This document shows positions 9,023-19,582 of a stretch of DNA of 64,000 nucleotides, one piece after another; positions within the stretch are counted from its first letter, which is position 1; each line of letters begins with the position of its first letter. This stretch comes from Phycisphaerae bacterium. GTDB lineage: Bacteria > Planctomycetota > Phycisphaerae > UBA1845. The position numbers and the translations under genes are program-made. The stretch lies in NCBI GenBank assembly GCA_963666835.2, contig CAXXGO010000006.1, positions 1,408,001 to 1,472,000 on the forward strand. Reading direction: 5' to 3'. The notes beneath the pieces are model-generated. The model was given only the letters and a program-made list of their open reading frames with translations. It had not been told where the DNA came from and did no database searches.

Positions 9023-11722
9023 ATGGCTACGAGTCTTACTATAGGGAAGAAGATCGGCTTGGGGTTTGGGGTGGTGTTGGCCCTGTTGGCGGCTGTGGTG
9101 ACGATCTCCTACAGGAGCGTTGTGAAGATCGGCGACAGTATTCCCGGTAAGATCCTCGATGGCAATTTGGCTCAGAATGAGGTGGACCACCTTAACTGGG
9201 CTAACGAAGTTAGTTCGTTGCTGACCCACGATGACGTTACCGAGCTGTCTGTCGAAACGGACGGGCACAAATGCGCTTTCGGGAAGTGGCTGTATGGCGA
9301 TGGTCGGCAGGATGCTGAAACGCTAGTCCCTTCGATTGCGCCGTTGTTGGCAGAGATCGAGGAGCCCCACGCAGAACTGCATGCTTCCGCTATCGAGATA
9401 GGTGAACACTTCAAGCAAGCTGATGCGACGCTGCCCGGGATTCTGGCGGAGCGTGAGGTGGATCATCTCATCTGTGCCGACAAGGTCAACCGCTTGTTTC
9501 TGAAGAACCTGGCCCAACTCGTTGATGTCCCCACGGACCCTCACAAGTGTGCGTTGGGGGTGTGGCTGGAAAGCGAGCAAGTCCGTAAGGCCTCAGAGGC
9601 CGACCCCGAGCTCGCCCGCTTGTTCGAAGCGCTGAAAGAACCGCACGCTAGAGTACACGCCTCCATCGCAGATATCCAGAATGCCTACAAGCCGGTGCAT
9701 CCCGGGTTGACCGACACCCTTAGGCTCCGACTCGACGATCACCATCGGTGGGCTGCGATGATTTCTGATGGGCTTCTCAATAACCAGAAGGTCGAAGTTG
9801 AAGTCGACCCGACCCAATGCGCCTTCGGCAGGTGGCTGGCGGGGGACGAGTGCAAGCGATTATGCGCCGAGTGGCCGGAATTCGATGCGGCCGTCAAAGA
9901 GATCACCGAATATCATAATCAACTGCACACCTCGGCCGGGCAGATTGCGCAGAAGTGGAGAAAAATCCACGCCGGACTCGAGGGGAAGCTGAAGAGTCAA
10001 CTCGACGACCATCGTCGATGGGCCGCGGAGGTAAGTACCGCGCTTTTGACCAACCGGAAGATCGACGTGCAGACCGACCCGACCAAGTGTGCGTTTGGTA
10101 TGTGGCTGGCCGGGAGCGAGTGCCGCGAGCTTTGCGATGAGTGGCCCGAGTTTGCCGACGTGATCGAAGAGGTGCGAGTACACCATGATAAACTCCATGC
10201 ATCGGCCGCCAAGATCGCCGAAACGGCGGATCGCGACGGCAAGATCAGGATCTACGAGCAGGAGACGCTTACCGAGCTGGATGCGGTCAGTGAGCATTTC
10301 GAAGAGGCGATTGCACTCGAGGACCGCAATGTGAAGGGTAGTGAGGAAGCGGAGCGGATCTACCGGACTGTGACCCTGCCTGCGCTGAGCGCTGTGGCCG
10401 AGTCCTTCGACCACGTAATCGGGCTCGAGGAGAAGTTGGTCGAGGCCAACCACAACGCCCAGGAGATCTTCGAGGGACAGACCCTGGTAGCGTTGGATCA
10501 GATGCGAGATGCGATCCACGAATGCCGCGACCACGCCGTGGATGCTCTCGAGGGCATGCATCATGCCCAGCATACCTTCGCGTTGAAGACTATGCCCAGT
10601 CTCCAGAATACGCAGAAGCTACTCCACAACATCCGCGAGGAGGTTAAGCGGAACGTCATGAGCGACGAGGCCGTGCTGGCTGCGGCCCGGGATACCAAGG
10701 AGAACGTCACCCTCGTTGGGGTCATTGCCGTCCTTGGCGGCGCTTTGTTGGCATTCTTCATCGCCCGCGGGATCATCAAGAAGTTGACCCGGATTATTGG
10801 CGGGCTCAACGATGGGGCGGATCAGGTCAACGCCGCCGCCGGGCAGGTGTCGAGCGCGTCCCAACAGCTTGCCGCAGGGGCGAGCGAACAAGCATCGTCG
10901 CTGGAGGAGACGTCCAGTGCCCTGGAACAGATGGCGGCTATGACTCGAACGAATGCAGCCAACGCCAAGGAGGCTAACGAATTGTCCGCGCGGTCTCATC
11001 GAGATGCCGGTAGCGGCAACGAGACCATGGGGGCGATCTCGGAGTCGTCCGGCCAGATCAGCAAGATCATCAAGGTGATCGAGGAGATCGCTTTCCAGAC
11101 TAATCTGCTGGCGTTGAATGCGGCCGTGGAAGCCGCCCGGGCCGGGGAGCACGGCAAAGGGTTTGCTGTGGTCGCGGATGAAGTTCGCAATCTGGCGCAA
11201 CGTGCGGCCCAGGCGTCTCGGGAGATCACCGGGCTCATCGAGGACTCGGTCAGCAGAGCGAAAGAGGGCACCGATGCGATGCAGGCGATCGTCGGCGGGG
11301 TGGCCAAAGTGAGCGAACTGATCGACGGTATTGCCACGGCCAGCGAGGAACAGGCCCAGGGAGTCGATCAGGTCAACACGGCCGTGTCCCAGATGGACAA
11401 GGTCACTCAGCAGAACGCGGCCGGAGCGGAGGAATCCGCTAGTGCGGCCGAGGAGCTCAGCGCGCAGGCGGCTGCAGTAAAGAGCATGGTGGACGAGCTG
11501 TCGGCGATGGTGGGCGGGAACAAACTTCGGAGTACGGCGCGCCCCGTACGCTCGCCGAAGCGGAACACGCCGGAGCGGCATTACGGCTCAATAGAGAGGC
11601 GATTGCGGCGGGGGCCGTGCGCCAAGGCGGCGGGCGATCTTGGCGAAACGAAGCTGATGGACCAAGGTGGATTCACTGATGAACCCCTCTTGGCGGACAG
11701 CGCGGAGCTGCAGGAATTCTGA
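9023..11722 (+). CDS. Methyl-accepting chemotaxis protein with four CZB (chemoreceptor zinc-binding) domains
   Basis: TM1 ([18 protein letters not shown]); 4x DH..W..C(A)(F/L)G.WL..H..(L/V)H; TM2; signalling domain [37 protein letters not shown]; start at ATG 9023. Confidence 0.92.
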   Translation: MATSLTIGKKIGLGFGVVLALLAAVVTISYRSVVKIGDSIPGKILDGNLAQNEVDHLNWANEVSSLLTHDDVTELSVETDGHKCAFGKWLYGDGRQDAETLVPSIAPLLAEIEEPHAELHASAIEIGEHFKQADATLPGILAEREVDHLICADKVNRLFLKNLAQLVDVPTDPHKCALGVWLESEQVRKASEADPELARLFEALKEPHARVHASIADIQNAYKPVHPGLTDTLRLRLDDHHRWAAMISDGLLNNQKVEVEVDPTQCAFGRWLAGDECKRLCAEWPEFDAAVKEITEYHNQLHTSAGQIAQKWRKIHAGLEGKLKSQLDDHRRWAAEVSTALLTNRKIDVQTDPTKCAFGMWLAGSECRELCDEWPEFADVIEEVRVHHDKLHASAAKIAETADRDGKIRIYEQETLTELDAVSEHFEEAIALEDRNVKGSEEAERIYRTVTLPALSAVAESFDHVIGLEEKLVEANHNAQEIFEGQTLVALDQMRDAIHECRDHAVDALEGMHHAQHTFALKTMPSLQNTQKLLHNIREEVKRNVMSDEAVLAAARDTKENVTLVGVIAVLGGALLAFFIARGIIKKLTRIIGGLNDGADQVNAAAGQVSSASQQLAAGASEQASSLEETSSALEQMAAMTRTNAANAKEANELSARSHRDAGSGNETMGAISESSGQISKIIKVIEEIAFQTNLLALNAAVEAARAGEHGKGFAVVADEVRNLAQRAAQASREITGLIEDSVSRAKEGTDAMQAIVGGVAKVSELIDGIATASEEQAQGVDQVNTAVSQMDKVTQQNAAGAEESASAAEELSAQAAAVKSMVDELSAMVGGNKLRSTARPVRSPKRNTPERHYGSIERRLRRGPCAKAAGDLGETKLMDQGGFTDEPLLADSAELQEF

Positions 11723-12024
11723 TAGAAGTTCTCAGAGTCATGGTCTTTGGGGGCGCCGGTTTCTCCGAGTTTCTCCGGCGTCCCCTTGGCCTGACCCTCG
11801 CGACGGGAAGCAGTCCCCGATTCACCCTTACCGATACCCGCCAGCCGTTGATCTCGTCACTTCGCGGAAGCACGCCGGATACTAGCCGCGTCAGCCCGGT
11901 CGGGTTCTGCCTACTGGGTTTGGCCAGCAGTGGCTTCTCCCTTGTTGTCGATTATCATGTATCGATCATAGAATGTCCTCTCCCCCGCCCAAACGTGATG
12001 GGGAGAGGCTGGGGAGTCTCACCG

Positions 12025-12888
12025 GTGCCTGACGAAACTGCCATTCCGGCTCGGATTCACGTTCTGCTTGCCCGGAACGCCTCCACGGGGGTAGTTATCC
12101 GCCGAGGGCCGTCGAAGAGGGTCTGCACTATCGGCTGGCATCGACGAACCGACGAGTTCAAGGTTGGTCAATGGCTCAAAGGGCGAATCTACGAACGGCG
12201 GAGCGACCTGTCGCCTGATGGAAAGTACCTCATTTACTTCGCTATGAACGGGGCGTGGAAGTCCGAGACGCAGGGGTCATGGACTGCCATCTCGCGGGCA
12301 CCGTATCTCAAGGCGGTCGGGCTCTGGGCCAAGGGTGATTGCTGGCATGGGGGTGGGTTGTTCACGGCCGACGATTCCTACTGGATCAACAGCGGCCCGT
12401 ACCCTTATCGCGAGATAAGAACGCCGGATTGGCTGTGTCGGGTGGGCGACTATCCTGGTCAAGGCGACTACGGTAGCGAATGCCGCGGGGTCTATTACCT
12501 GCGCCTGCAGCGCGATGGGTGGACACTCGTCGCTCAGTGCCGTGTTGCCAAACGCGATACGATCGACGTGTTCGAGAAACCGATAGATGCAACGTGGACT
12601 CTCCGGAAGCTTGCCCGAGTTAACGCAGACGATCGCGCCGGTAACGGCGGCTATTTCGATGAACACGAGCTGGTGAACCGGAATACGGGGGCCGCGACCG
12701 ATTGCCGTTCCTGGGAATGGGCGGATCTTGATGGGACGCGGTTGGTGTGGAGTGACGTCGGCAAGCTCTACGCGGGGCGGGTTACCGAGGATGGTTTGGG
12801 GCAAACCACGCTACTCTGCGATTTCAACCCGATGGAGTTTGAGCCTCTTACGGCACCGTATGATGTCGATGGCTACATGCGTGAGTGA
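12025..12888 (+). CDS. Hypothetical protein
   Basis: Protein-like from GTG 12025 (PARIHVLLAR..RRGPSK..GQWLKGRIYERRSDLSPDG); the upstream part of the ORF call looks non-coding. Confidence 0.7.
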   Translation: MPDETAIPARIHVLLARNASTGVVIRRGPSKRVCTIGWHRRTDEFKVGQWLKGRIYERRSDLSPDGKYLIYFAMNGAWKSETQGSWTAISRAPYLKAVGLWAKGDCWHGGGLFTADDSYWINSGPYPYREIRTPDWLCRVGDYPGQGDYGSECRGVYYLRLQRDGWTLVAQCRVAKRDTIDVFEKPIDATWTLRKLARVNADDRAGNGGYFDEHELVNRNTGAATDCRSWEWADLDGTRLVWSDVGKLYAGRVTEDGLGQTTLLCDFNPMEFEPLTAPYDVDGYMRE

Positions 12889-13316
12889 AACGGAACTCTG
12901 TCGAGGAACTGTCAGGGTGTTGACGGCCACTGCCCGTAAGTCTCTCTCCGGCACAACGTCAGCCCCGCCGAACTTGCCCCGGATATCGTTCATGGTTTGG
13001 TCGAATCGAGGGTCGGTTCCTGAAATACCGGATCTAAATAGGTGACTGTCCCGTGTTTTGTCGGGTTTTGTCCCGTCCCGGGTTTTGCCCCGGTTTTGCC
13101 ATAAATAGGTGACTGTCCCCGGTTTTCTCCGGTTTTCTACATGCGTGAGTGAAACGAAACTCTGTCGAGGAACTGTCAGGGTGTTGACGGCCACTGCCCG
13201 TAAGTCTCTCTCCGGCACAACGTCAGCCCCGCCGAACTTGCCCCGGATATCGTTCATGGTTTGGTCGAATCGAGGGTCGGTTCCTGAAATACCGGATCTA
13301 AATAGGTGACTGTCCC
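12873..13316. repeat. 180-bp direct repeat (12873-13052 / 13137-13316) ending at the RAYT palindrome half
   Basis: Near-identical copies; the spacer holds a third AAATAGGTGACTGTCCC and ccggttttg stutters. Confidence 0.92.
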
Positions 13317-13370
13317 GGGTTTTGCCCCGGGTCTTGCCGGGTTTTGTAACAGGCAATCGTTTGCGGGCGA

Positions 13371-16300
13371 CTATTCGTTTACGTCCAGCCCGCTGCCGAA
13401 GGCTTGCTGGAAGATTGCCAAATCCCGGAGATCCACGTCGCCGTCTTGGACAAAATCGATCCAGCCGCAGCAGGGATCGGCATACAGCGGAGGCTCGCAC
13501 GGCGAGGGGTCACACGGATCCGTTACGCACACGAGCCAAGAGGGCCAATCGGGCAGGTTGATGATGCGATCATCGCTGAAGTCGCCGCGCACGTCACATT
13601 CGTCGGGGTGGGCATTCTCGTTGCAGTCCGGTGCACCACCAATAACGATCTCCTCCGTATCACTTTGATGGTTACCGTTGCAGTCGTTGAAGCAGGTAAT
13701 GAGCATCTCTCCGCTGCCTTGGGCACCGTTGTAGCCGCCGATGCGGATCACATAATCGAAGCCCTCTTCAACCGGAAACTCGACAAGAGACCCGAGGCCA
13801 CCGCACTCGTCATCGTTGCATCTCCAAGCCGCCGGCGCCGTGGGACAGGCGCCTCCGTCGTACACTGCCAGCTTTGTGTTGTACGCGCTGGCGCACAGAT
13901 CAACGGTGGCTAGACCCTGGCAGGACGACGTATACCGGTACCATACGTCGTTCTCGACATGAGTGTATCCCGAGAACTCACAAGCTTCCGGTTCATCCGG
14001 TCCGTCGGTCGTGGCCCCCGTATTGCCGAAGAAGTAGTGGCCTTCCGTGAGGGAGGTCGCGTCGGCACAGTCATCGTTGCTCGGCCAGATACGCAGGGCA
14101 AAATCGCCGCCGGCGCACTCGGGATTCGTGATGTCGTTGTTGCACACGTCGGCGTGAATCGAATAATCGCCGGCCACTTCGGGGACTCCCGTCACCAGAC
14201 CGCCGAAGTGATGCACCTGCAGACCCGGCGGGACGCCATTGGCGGCAACAAAGCGCTGACCGCAGCTTCCATGGTACTGTAGCTGGGTCTCATACGGCTG
14301 CCCCTGGAATCCGTCGGGAAGCGTCCCACCGTAGACGGTAAGCGGGTCCGCCACCTCCGCCACCCGTAACGGGAATGTCCCCTGATACAACGGCTGCACA
14401 CCGTAACCGGCGACACGGATGCGGACCTCCTGATCCTGTAGGACGGAAGCGATGGCCGCCGAGCGAAGACCGCAGTCCACGGTCTGATCCGCGTAGTTGT
14501 CGTTACACGTGATCTCCGAGCCGCTGCAATCGTCGTAGAGACTGATCACGGAGTTGACGAGTGTGCCTTGATCGATCTGGCACGTATCCACCCACAGCTC
14601 GCCGTCGCAGCGCGGGGCGTAGGTAAACCACACGTCACTGCTGGTCGGAGCACAGTAGGTCCCGATCGTGCTCGTGTTGGCTCCGGTGTTGTCGGCGATT
14701 GTGGTCCCCTCGGAAACCGGGAAGGCCTCCTCGCATATTTCGTTGGCCGGGTTGCAGTTTACGTTCGGTGTGCAGGTTCGGCCCCTGGAGAGGTTCAGTC
14801 TGAAGGGGCCGGCTTCGTCCTCGTAACCGTGGACCAGAATGTGGTAGATCATCCCGGGGGCCGCGCACCAGGATACTGATGATTGCACGCCGCAGGCGTC
14901 GTTGTTGTACCCCACGCAGGTCAATCCGCCGCAGCCGCTGCAGAAGACCGTGATTCTAGTGTCGAAGTCCGCCAAACCGCAGGTTGAGGCAGTCATGGTC
15001 GTGCCCGTGCCCAGGACCTTGTACCACACGCCGGGAGCTGTCGGCACGGTATCGGGCTGGTCATCGCAGACGGCGCCCGTGTCCACGGTCATGCGGCCGG
15101 TATTGCCGGGTGTGACAGAGGGGATGGTCGTGACCTGAACGGCGTCGTCGCAGTCGTCGTTGATCGGCAGAAACTGGTGCTTGAGAGTCAAAGGGTATCC
15201 CTGGTCATCGGCCCCACCACCGACCTGGATGTAGTAGGTCTGGCCGGCATTCAGGCGCAATGCCGGAGGCATGACGCAGGGCCGGTCGCAGTCGTCGAGC
15301 TCGGGGCAATCGGTCGCGCAGATTATCTCATTGGACTCGGTTGCCGGGCAGCCGGTGTGCACGGCGATGAAAGGATCCAACAAGAGAGACCCGGTATCGC
15401 ACAGATTGAGGTAAAGATACCCCTCCACCGGGGCGCTGTACTTGTACCAGACGTTGACGCTTGGTTCGAACGAACTGGCGCAGCTATGGGGTGCGTCGCT
15501 TACGGCCTGGGTGGTTGATCCGGTGACCTCGTACACGCCGGTGAAGACGTGGCGCGGCAGCACCGTATGGTTCGGTGTGATGTTTTGGGCGCTGCCGCAA
15601 ACGTCGTTATCCGGCGGGTTGGGACGCAGGTCTGCCCACCAGATCCATTCCTGCCCATTGGGGTGAATTCCCCGTCCGGCCATTTGTTTACCGTCACCGG
15701 AGATACGAAACACGTCAATGAACTTCCATCCTGCTATTTTGGGAGCCAACCCGGCGGCTTGCAGCACCTGTTCGATGAGCTGCGGGGGGGGGCCGACAAC
15801 CGTTCCCAGATGACACCACGGCTGCCGGACGATCCCCCGATCAGCGAGCCGTCGCGGTTCGTGCAATAGGCTTTGCCGTGTATATCACCCGGCACGAACA
15901 GAGGTAGTATGGTCATAGCGCGTGTAGAGATGGTCCAGTATACGGGGTAATTGGGGTCGTGGTCGGAGTTGATGTAATGGCCCACGACGTAGGCGCCGTT
16001 GCCGGAGATGCCGGCGACAAGAGAACTGTCATCCGGCCCGCATGGACGGGTGTCCTCAAGCTTGTACAGCGTTCCACTGATCGACACGACAGGGCGAAAG
16101 TAATCGCCCAGTTCCCCGCTTACGCCCGCAATGACGCTTCCATCGTCTGAGACGGCGACCATGAAGGAGTCCTCATCGGCACCGTATCCGCAATCGCCGG
16201 CATCCAACCTGCCCAGGTCGGAGATGTTGCCGTTTTGCCACCGGACACCGCGGCGCCAGTACTGCATGAAGGCGGGAGATTCTTCATAGTCGTACCCGAC

Positions 16301-16753
16301 GACTACAGTACCGTCCGGAGTGCTGTCCTGCGGATAGGACTGATCATGCAGTCGCGGCCACTCTGTGAATCCACCTGTCTCATACACAAACGGCTTGACG
16401 TCGTCGATCGGCCAGTTGACCACATGATGCACGCCGGTTTGACAAGCCATGAAGATCTTCGAACCTGTCGCGTTTACTGCACGAGCGAGGCACCCCAGCC
16501 AGTCGGATGCCTGCGAAACGGGAAACGGAAGCCACTCGAGACCGTAAGTTGGCGTCCATCGAAAAGCCTCACGGGCTCCAGGCGCGGGTGACGGCCTGTC
16601 GCCGACAATCACTTGGCCGTTATCGGACAGACCGAAGCTGCGGCCTGCCGGGGAGTTGGGGACGACCGCACGGAAATCGGACGGGTACGCCTGCGTTCCT
16701 GCCAGTGCAGCCAGAATAGCCGCCACAATCGGGCACGGCCGTTTGTTACCCAT
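13371..16753 (-). CDS. Large secreted Cys-rich protein (HAF-like repeats, NDxC..A beta-sandwich repeats, dockerin-like C-terminus), split by a frameshift at a C9 tract
   Basis: ORF 15734-16753 has a signal peptide and S.DG.V(I/V)VG / AFRWT repeats. ORF 13371-15866 continues in another frame with PPDNDVC/NDDC..DVWY repeats and DGDVDLRDLAIFQQAFG. G9 at 15784-15792. Confidence 0.75.
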
Positions 16754-16791
16754 CGCCTTGCTCCTCTTATCAGAATAACCGGAATAACCGG

Positions 16792-17136
16792 GGGACAGTC
16801 ACCTATTCACCGGCTCCTTTCTGTATGACTGTTGTGCCTTCTCCGATGGGGCGCGGTCTTCTGGGGCGACCCACGGGTAGCGGGCGGAGCCGACAGTTCA
16901 GCTTATGCTAGATCTTACTCAAGAACGAGTCGGTGGCCAGCGGTCGTCCGCGGTGGGTGCATCTACGCAGCTTGGCCGAATCTTCCAGGTCGTCGGGCTC
17001 ACGCAGGATTCCCCGCCGCTTTTCCAGCTTCCATTCGCTGGCCCATGCGGTCAGAACAAATTGATGGGTCTGGCCATGTCAACAAATCAGTGACTGTCGC
17101 GGGTTTAACGTAATGCCATAAATAGGTGACTGTCCC
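16792..17136 (-). pseudogene. Internally deleted, degenerate RAYT copy retaining both palindromic ends
   Basis: 16810-17055 aligns with the RAYT 3' end (7088-7333) and has an in-frame TAG; bounded by gggacagtcacctatt and aaataggtgactgtccc. Confidence 0.85.
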
Positions 17137-17254
17137 CGGTTTTGCACCGGTTTTGCACAGTCCCCGGTTTTGCACAGTACCCAGTCGCAAACCGGTCCTA
17201 CGGACTTCCCCCACGGCTAAAGCCACGGGCCACCCGACCGAGGGTGACGTATTG

Positions 17255-19135
17255 CTAGTGCTTACTCTCAAACGGTATACGAAGGTGGTAGACGCCTCGT
17301 TCGAGGTCGCTTTCGACGGCGAAGCCGCATTTGTGGAAGACGCGGAGCATTCCGTGGTTCTCGGCCAGCACGTCGCCGGTAAAGCCGGCGATGCCGTTGA
17401 TGCGGGCGGCATCCACCAGGGATCTTACCAGAGCCGTTCCGACCCCTCGCCCCTGCCAGTCGTCGCGCACCAGGAAGGCCGCGTCGGCGAAGTTCGTGCG
17501 AAGGTCTTTCCCATAGTGGGCGATGCCGATGATCTCCCCACTGTCAGTGGAATCGGTGAGCATGACCAGGGCCATGTCCGCCGCGTAGTCGACCCGCAGG
17601 AACTCCTGCAGCTTCTCGTGGGGCAGGGCCTTGATCATTCCGAAGAAGCGATGGAGGACCGACTCGGGCGACAGCTTGTAGAACAGGTCGCGCAGAAGAG
17701 ACTCGTCGGTCAGCTTGAGCGGCCTGATGAACGCCTTGGCGGAGGCCTTCAAGGGCACCCACCGCTCCAGATCTTCCGGATAGACCGGGTTTTTCTCCGA
17801 CAGTTCCATCTGATCGGGGTAGACCAGGTTTCGACCCTTGGCCTCGGCCAGCAGCCACGACCGGAACTTGGGGTGAGCGACCTGAATGAGCGCCATCGCT
17901 CGCTCGCGAATGTTCTTTCCATGGAGGTAGGCCGCGCCGTACTCGGTGACTACGTAATGCACATCCCCGCGACTGGTGACCACGCCCGCCCCCTGCTTCA
18001 GGAAGGGGACGATGCGCGAGTACGTATCGCCGGCGGCCGTGGACGGCAGGGCGATGATGGGCTTGCCACCCTTGGATCGGGACGCGCCCCGCACGAAGTC
18101 GACCTGGCCGCCGATGCCGCTGTAGAAGAGCGTTCCGAGTGAGTCGGCGCAGACCTGGCCGGTCAGGTCGACCTCGATTGCGGCGTTAATGGAAATCATC
18201 TTGTCGTTCTGGGCGACGATGAACGGGTCGTTGGTGTACTCGGTGGGGTGAAACTCCACCTGGGGGTTGTTGCTGATGAACTCGTACAGTTTTTTCGACC
18301 CCATCACGAAGCTGGCCACGATCTTGCCGCGGTGGAGGGTCTTCTCCGTGTTGGTGATGACGCCCTGCTCCACCAGGGGGATGATGCCGTCGCTGAACAT
18401 CTCCGTGTGGACGCCGAGGTTCTTGAAGTCGCCCAGATAGTGCAGCACGGCGTCGGGAATCGTACCGATCCCGAGTTGCAGGGTCGCCCCATCCTCGACC
18501 AGATTGGCTATGTGCCGGGCAATCTGCTTGGCCAGGTCATCCGGCTCGCCCTGACGAGCCTCGAAGAGCGGCTCGTCGCTGGGTACCAGCATGTCGATGT
18601 CGCGAACATGAATGAAGCAGTCGCCGAGGGTCCGGGGCGCCTGACTGTTGACCTCTGCGATAACCACCCGGGCCGACTCGGCTGCGGATTTGACGATGTC
18701 TGTCGACACGCCATAGCTGCAGTATCCATGCGAATCGGGTGTACTGACCTGAATAAGGGCCACATCGATCACCACGCGCCCGGATCGAAAGAGGGCGGGA
18801 ATCTCGCTCAGGAAGATTGGGGTGTAATCTGCCCGCCCCTGGGCGACCGCGTCGCGCACGTTCGGGCCGATGAAATAGGCATTATGGCGGAACCGGTTGC
18901 CGAAGCGCGGTTCAGCATAGGTGGCCACCCCCAGGGTGAGGATGTGGACGATCTCGGTATCGCTGAGATCCTCCCGAGCGGACAACGCCGCGACCAGACT
19001 CTGCGGCTCACCGGCTCCGGAACCCACGAAGACCCGCTGTCCGTGTCGTACGGAAGCTACTGCCTGATCGGCAGTTACGATTTTCTCGGCGTACTGGTCC
19101 TGCCACGCTGGCGATTCCGTAAAGGTCCCGCTCAT
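17255..19135 (-). CDS. Acetyl-CoA hydrolase/4-hydroxybutyrate CoA-transferase family fused to a C-terminal GNAT domain
   Basis: GRADYTPIFLSEIP, DGATLQLGIGTIP, LGVHTEMFSDG, SGIGGQVDFVRGA, VVTEYG; C-terminal DDWQGRGVGT..NHGML..F.KCGF. Confidence 0.9.
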   Translation of the reverse strand: MSGTFTESPAWQDQYAEKIVTADQAVASVRHGQRVFVGSGAGEPQSLVAALSAREDLSDTEIVHILTLGVATYAEPRFGNRFRHNAYFIGPNVRDAVAQGRADYTPIFLSEIPALFRSGRVVIDVALIQVSTPDSHGYCSYGVSTDIVKSAAESARVVIAEVNSQAPRTLGDCFIHVRDIDMLVPSDEPLFEARQGEPDDLAKQIARHIANLVEDGATLQLGIGTIPDAVLHYLGDFKNLGVHTEMFSDGIIPLVEQGVITNTEKTLHRGKIVASFVMGSKKLYEFISNNPQVEFHPTEYTNDPFIVAQNDKMISINAAIEVDLTGQVCADSLGTLFYSGIGGQVDFVRGASRSKGGKPIIALPSTAAGDTYSRIVPFLKQGAGVVTSRGDVHYVVTEYGAAYLHGKNIRERAMALIQVAHPKFRSWLLAEAKGRNLVYPDQMELSEKNPVYPEDLERWVPLKASAKAFIRPLKLTDESLLRDLFYKLSPESVLHRFFGMIKALPHEKLQEFLRVDYAADMALVMLTDSTDSGEIIGIAHYGKDLRTNFADAAFLVRDDWQGRGVGTALVRSLVDAARINGIAGFTGDVLAENHGMLRVFHKCGFAVESDLERGVYHLRIPFESKH

Positions 19136-19582
19136 CCTCTGCTCCCCATGCGATATCAAGCCATGGCGAATGCGGTTGCGCGCCGCGCGCCACCGCCTTC
19201 TTACCCTACCCCGGGAGATTAAGCGGCAATCTTCATGCCGGACTGAGATTGGCTAGCCGTAATGGCTTGTTCGAATTCGGAGACCGTTAGGAGCTGCGGC
19301 ATGGAAAACAAGCCTGTAAAAAGCGGGGAAAGCCCTTAGCGGATGGGTGTGAATCCGGGACAGGCGCACTTGCCGTGGGTTGGGCGGGCGTTATGATGGC
19401 TTCGCAGGCTCCGGCGTGAGGCCGTCGCGGAACAAGTGACCGGCTCGGACGCCGGGCGCGTGGGCACCCACGCTGGTGGCGGTCGGTGCCGATGGGGGAG
19501 GTCCAACCCTCATCCACAACTCTGAAAAGTGATTAGTGTTTTGCGGTCCGCGACCCAGTGAAGGAGAAAGGGAGTATAACCC

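Noticed and set aside
12811..13500. 229-aa ORF with an internal repeat
   Set aside because: It is simply the translation of the 180-bp duplication and palindrome stutters.
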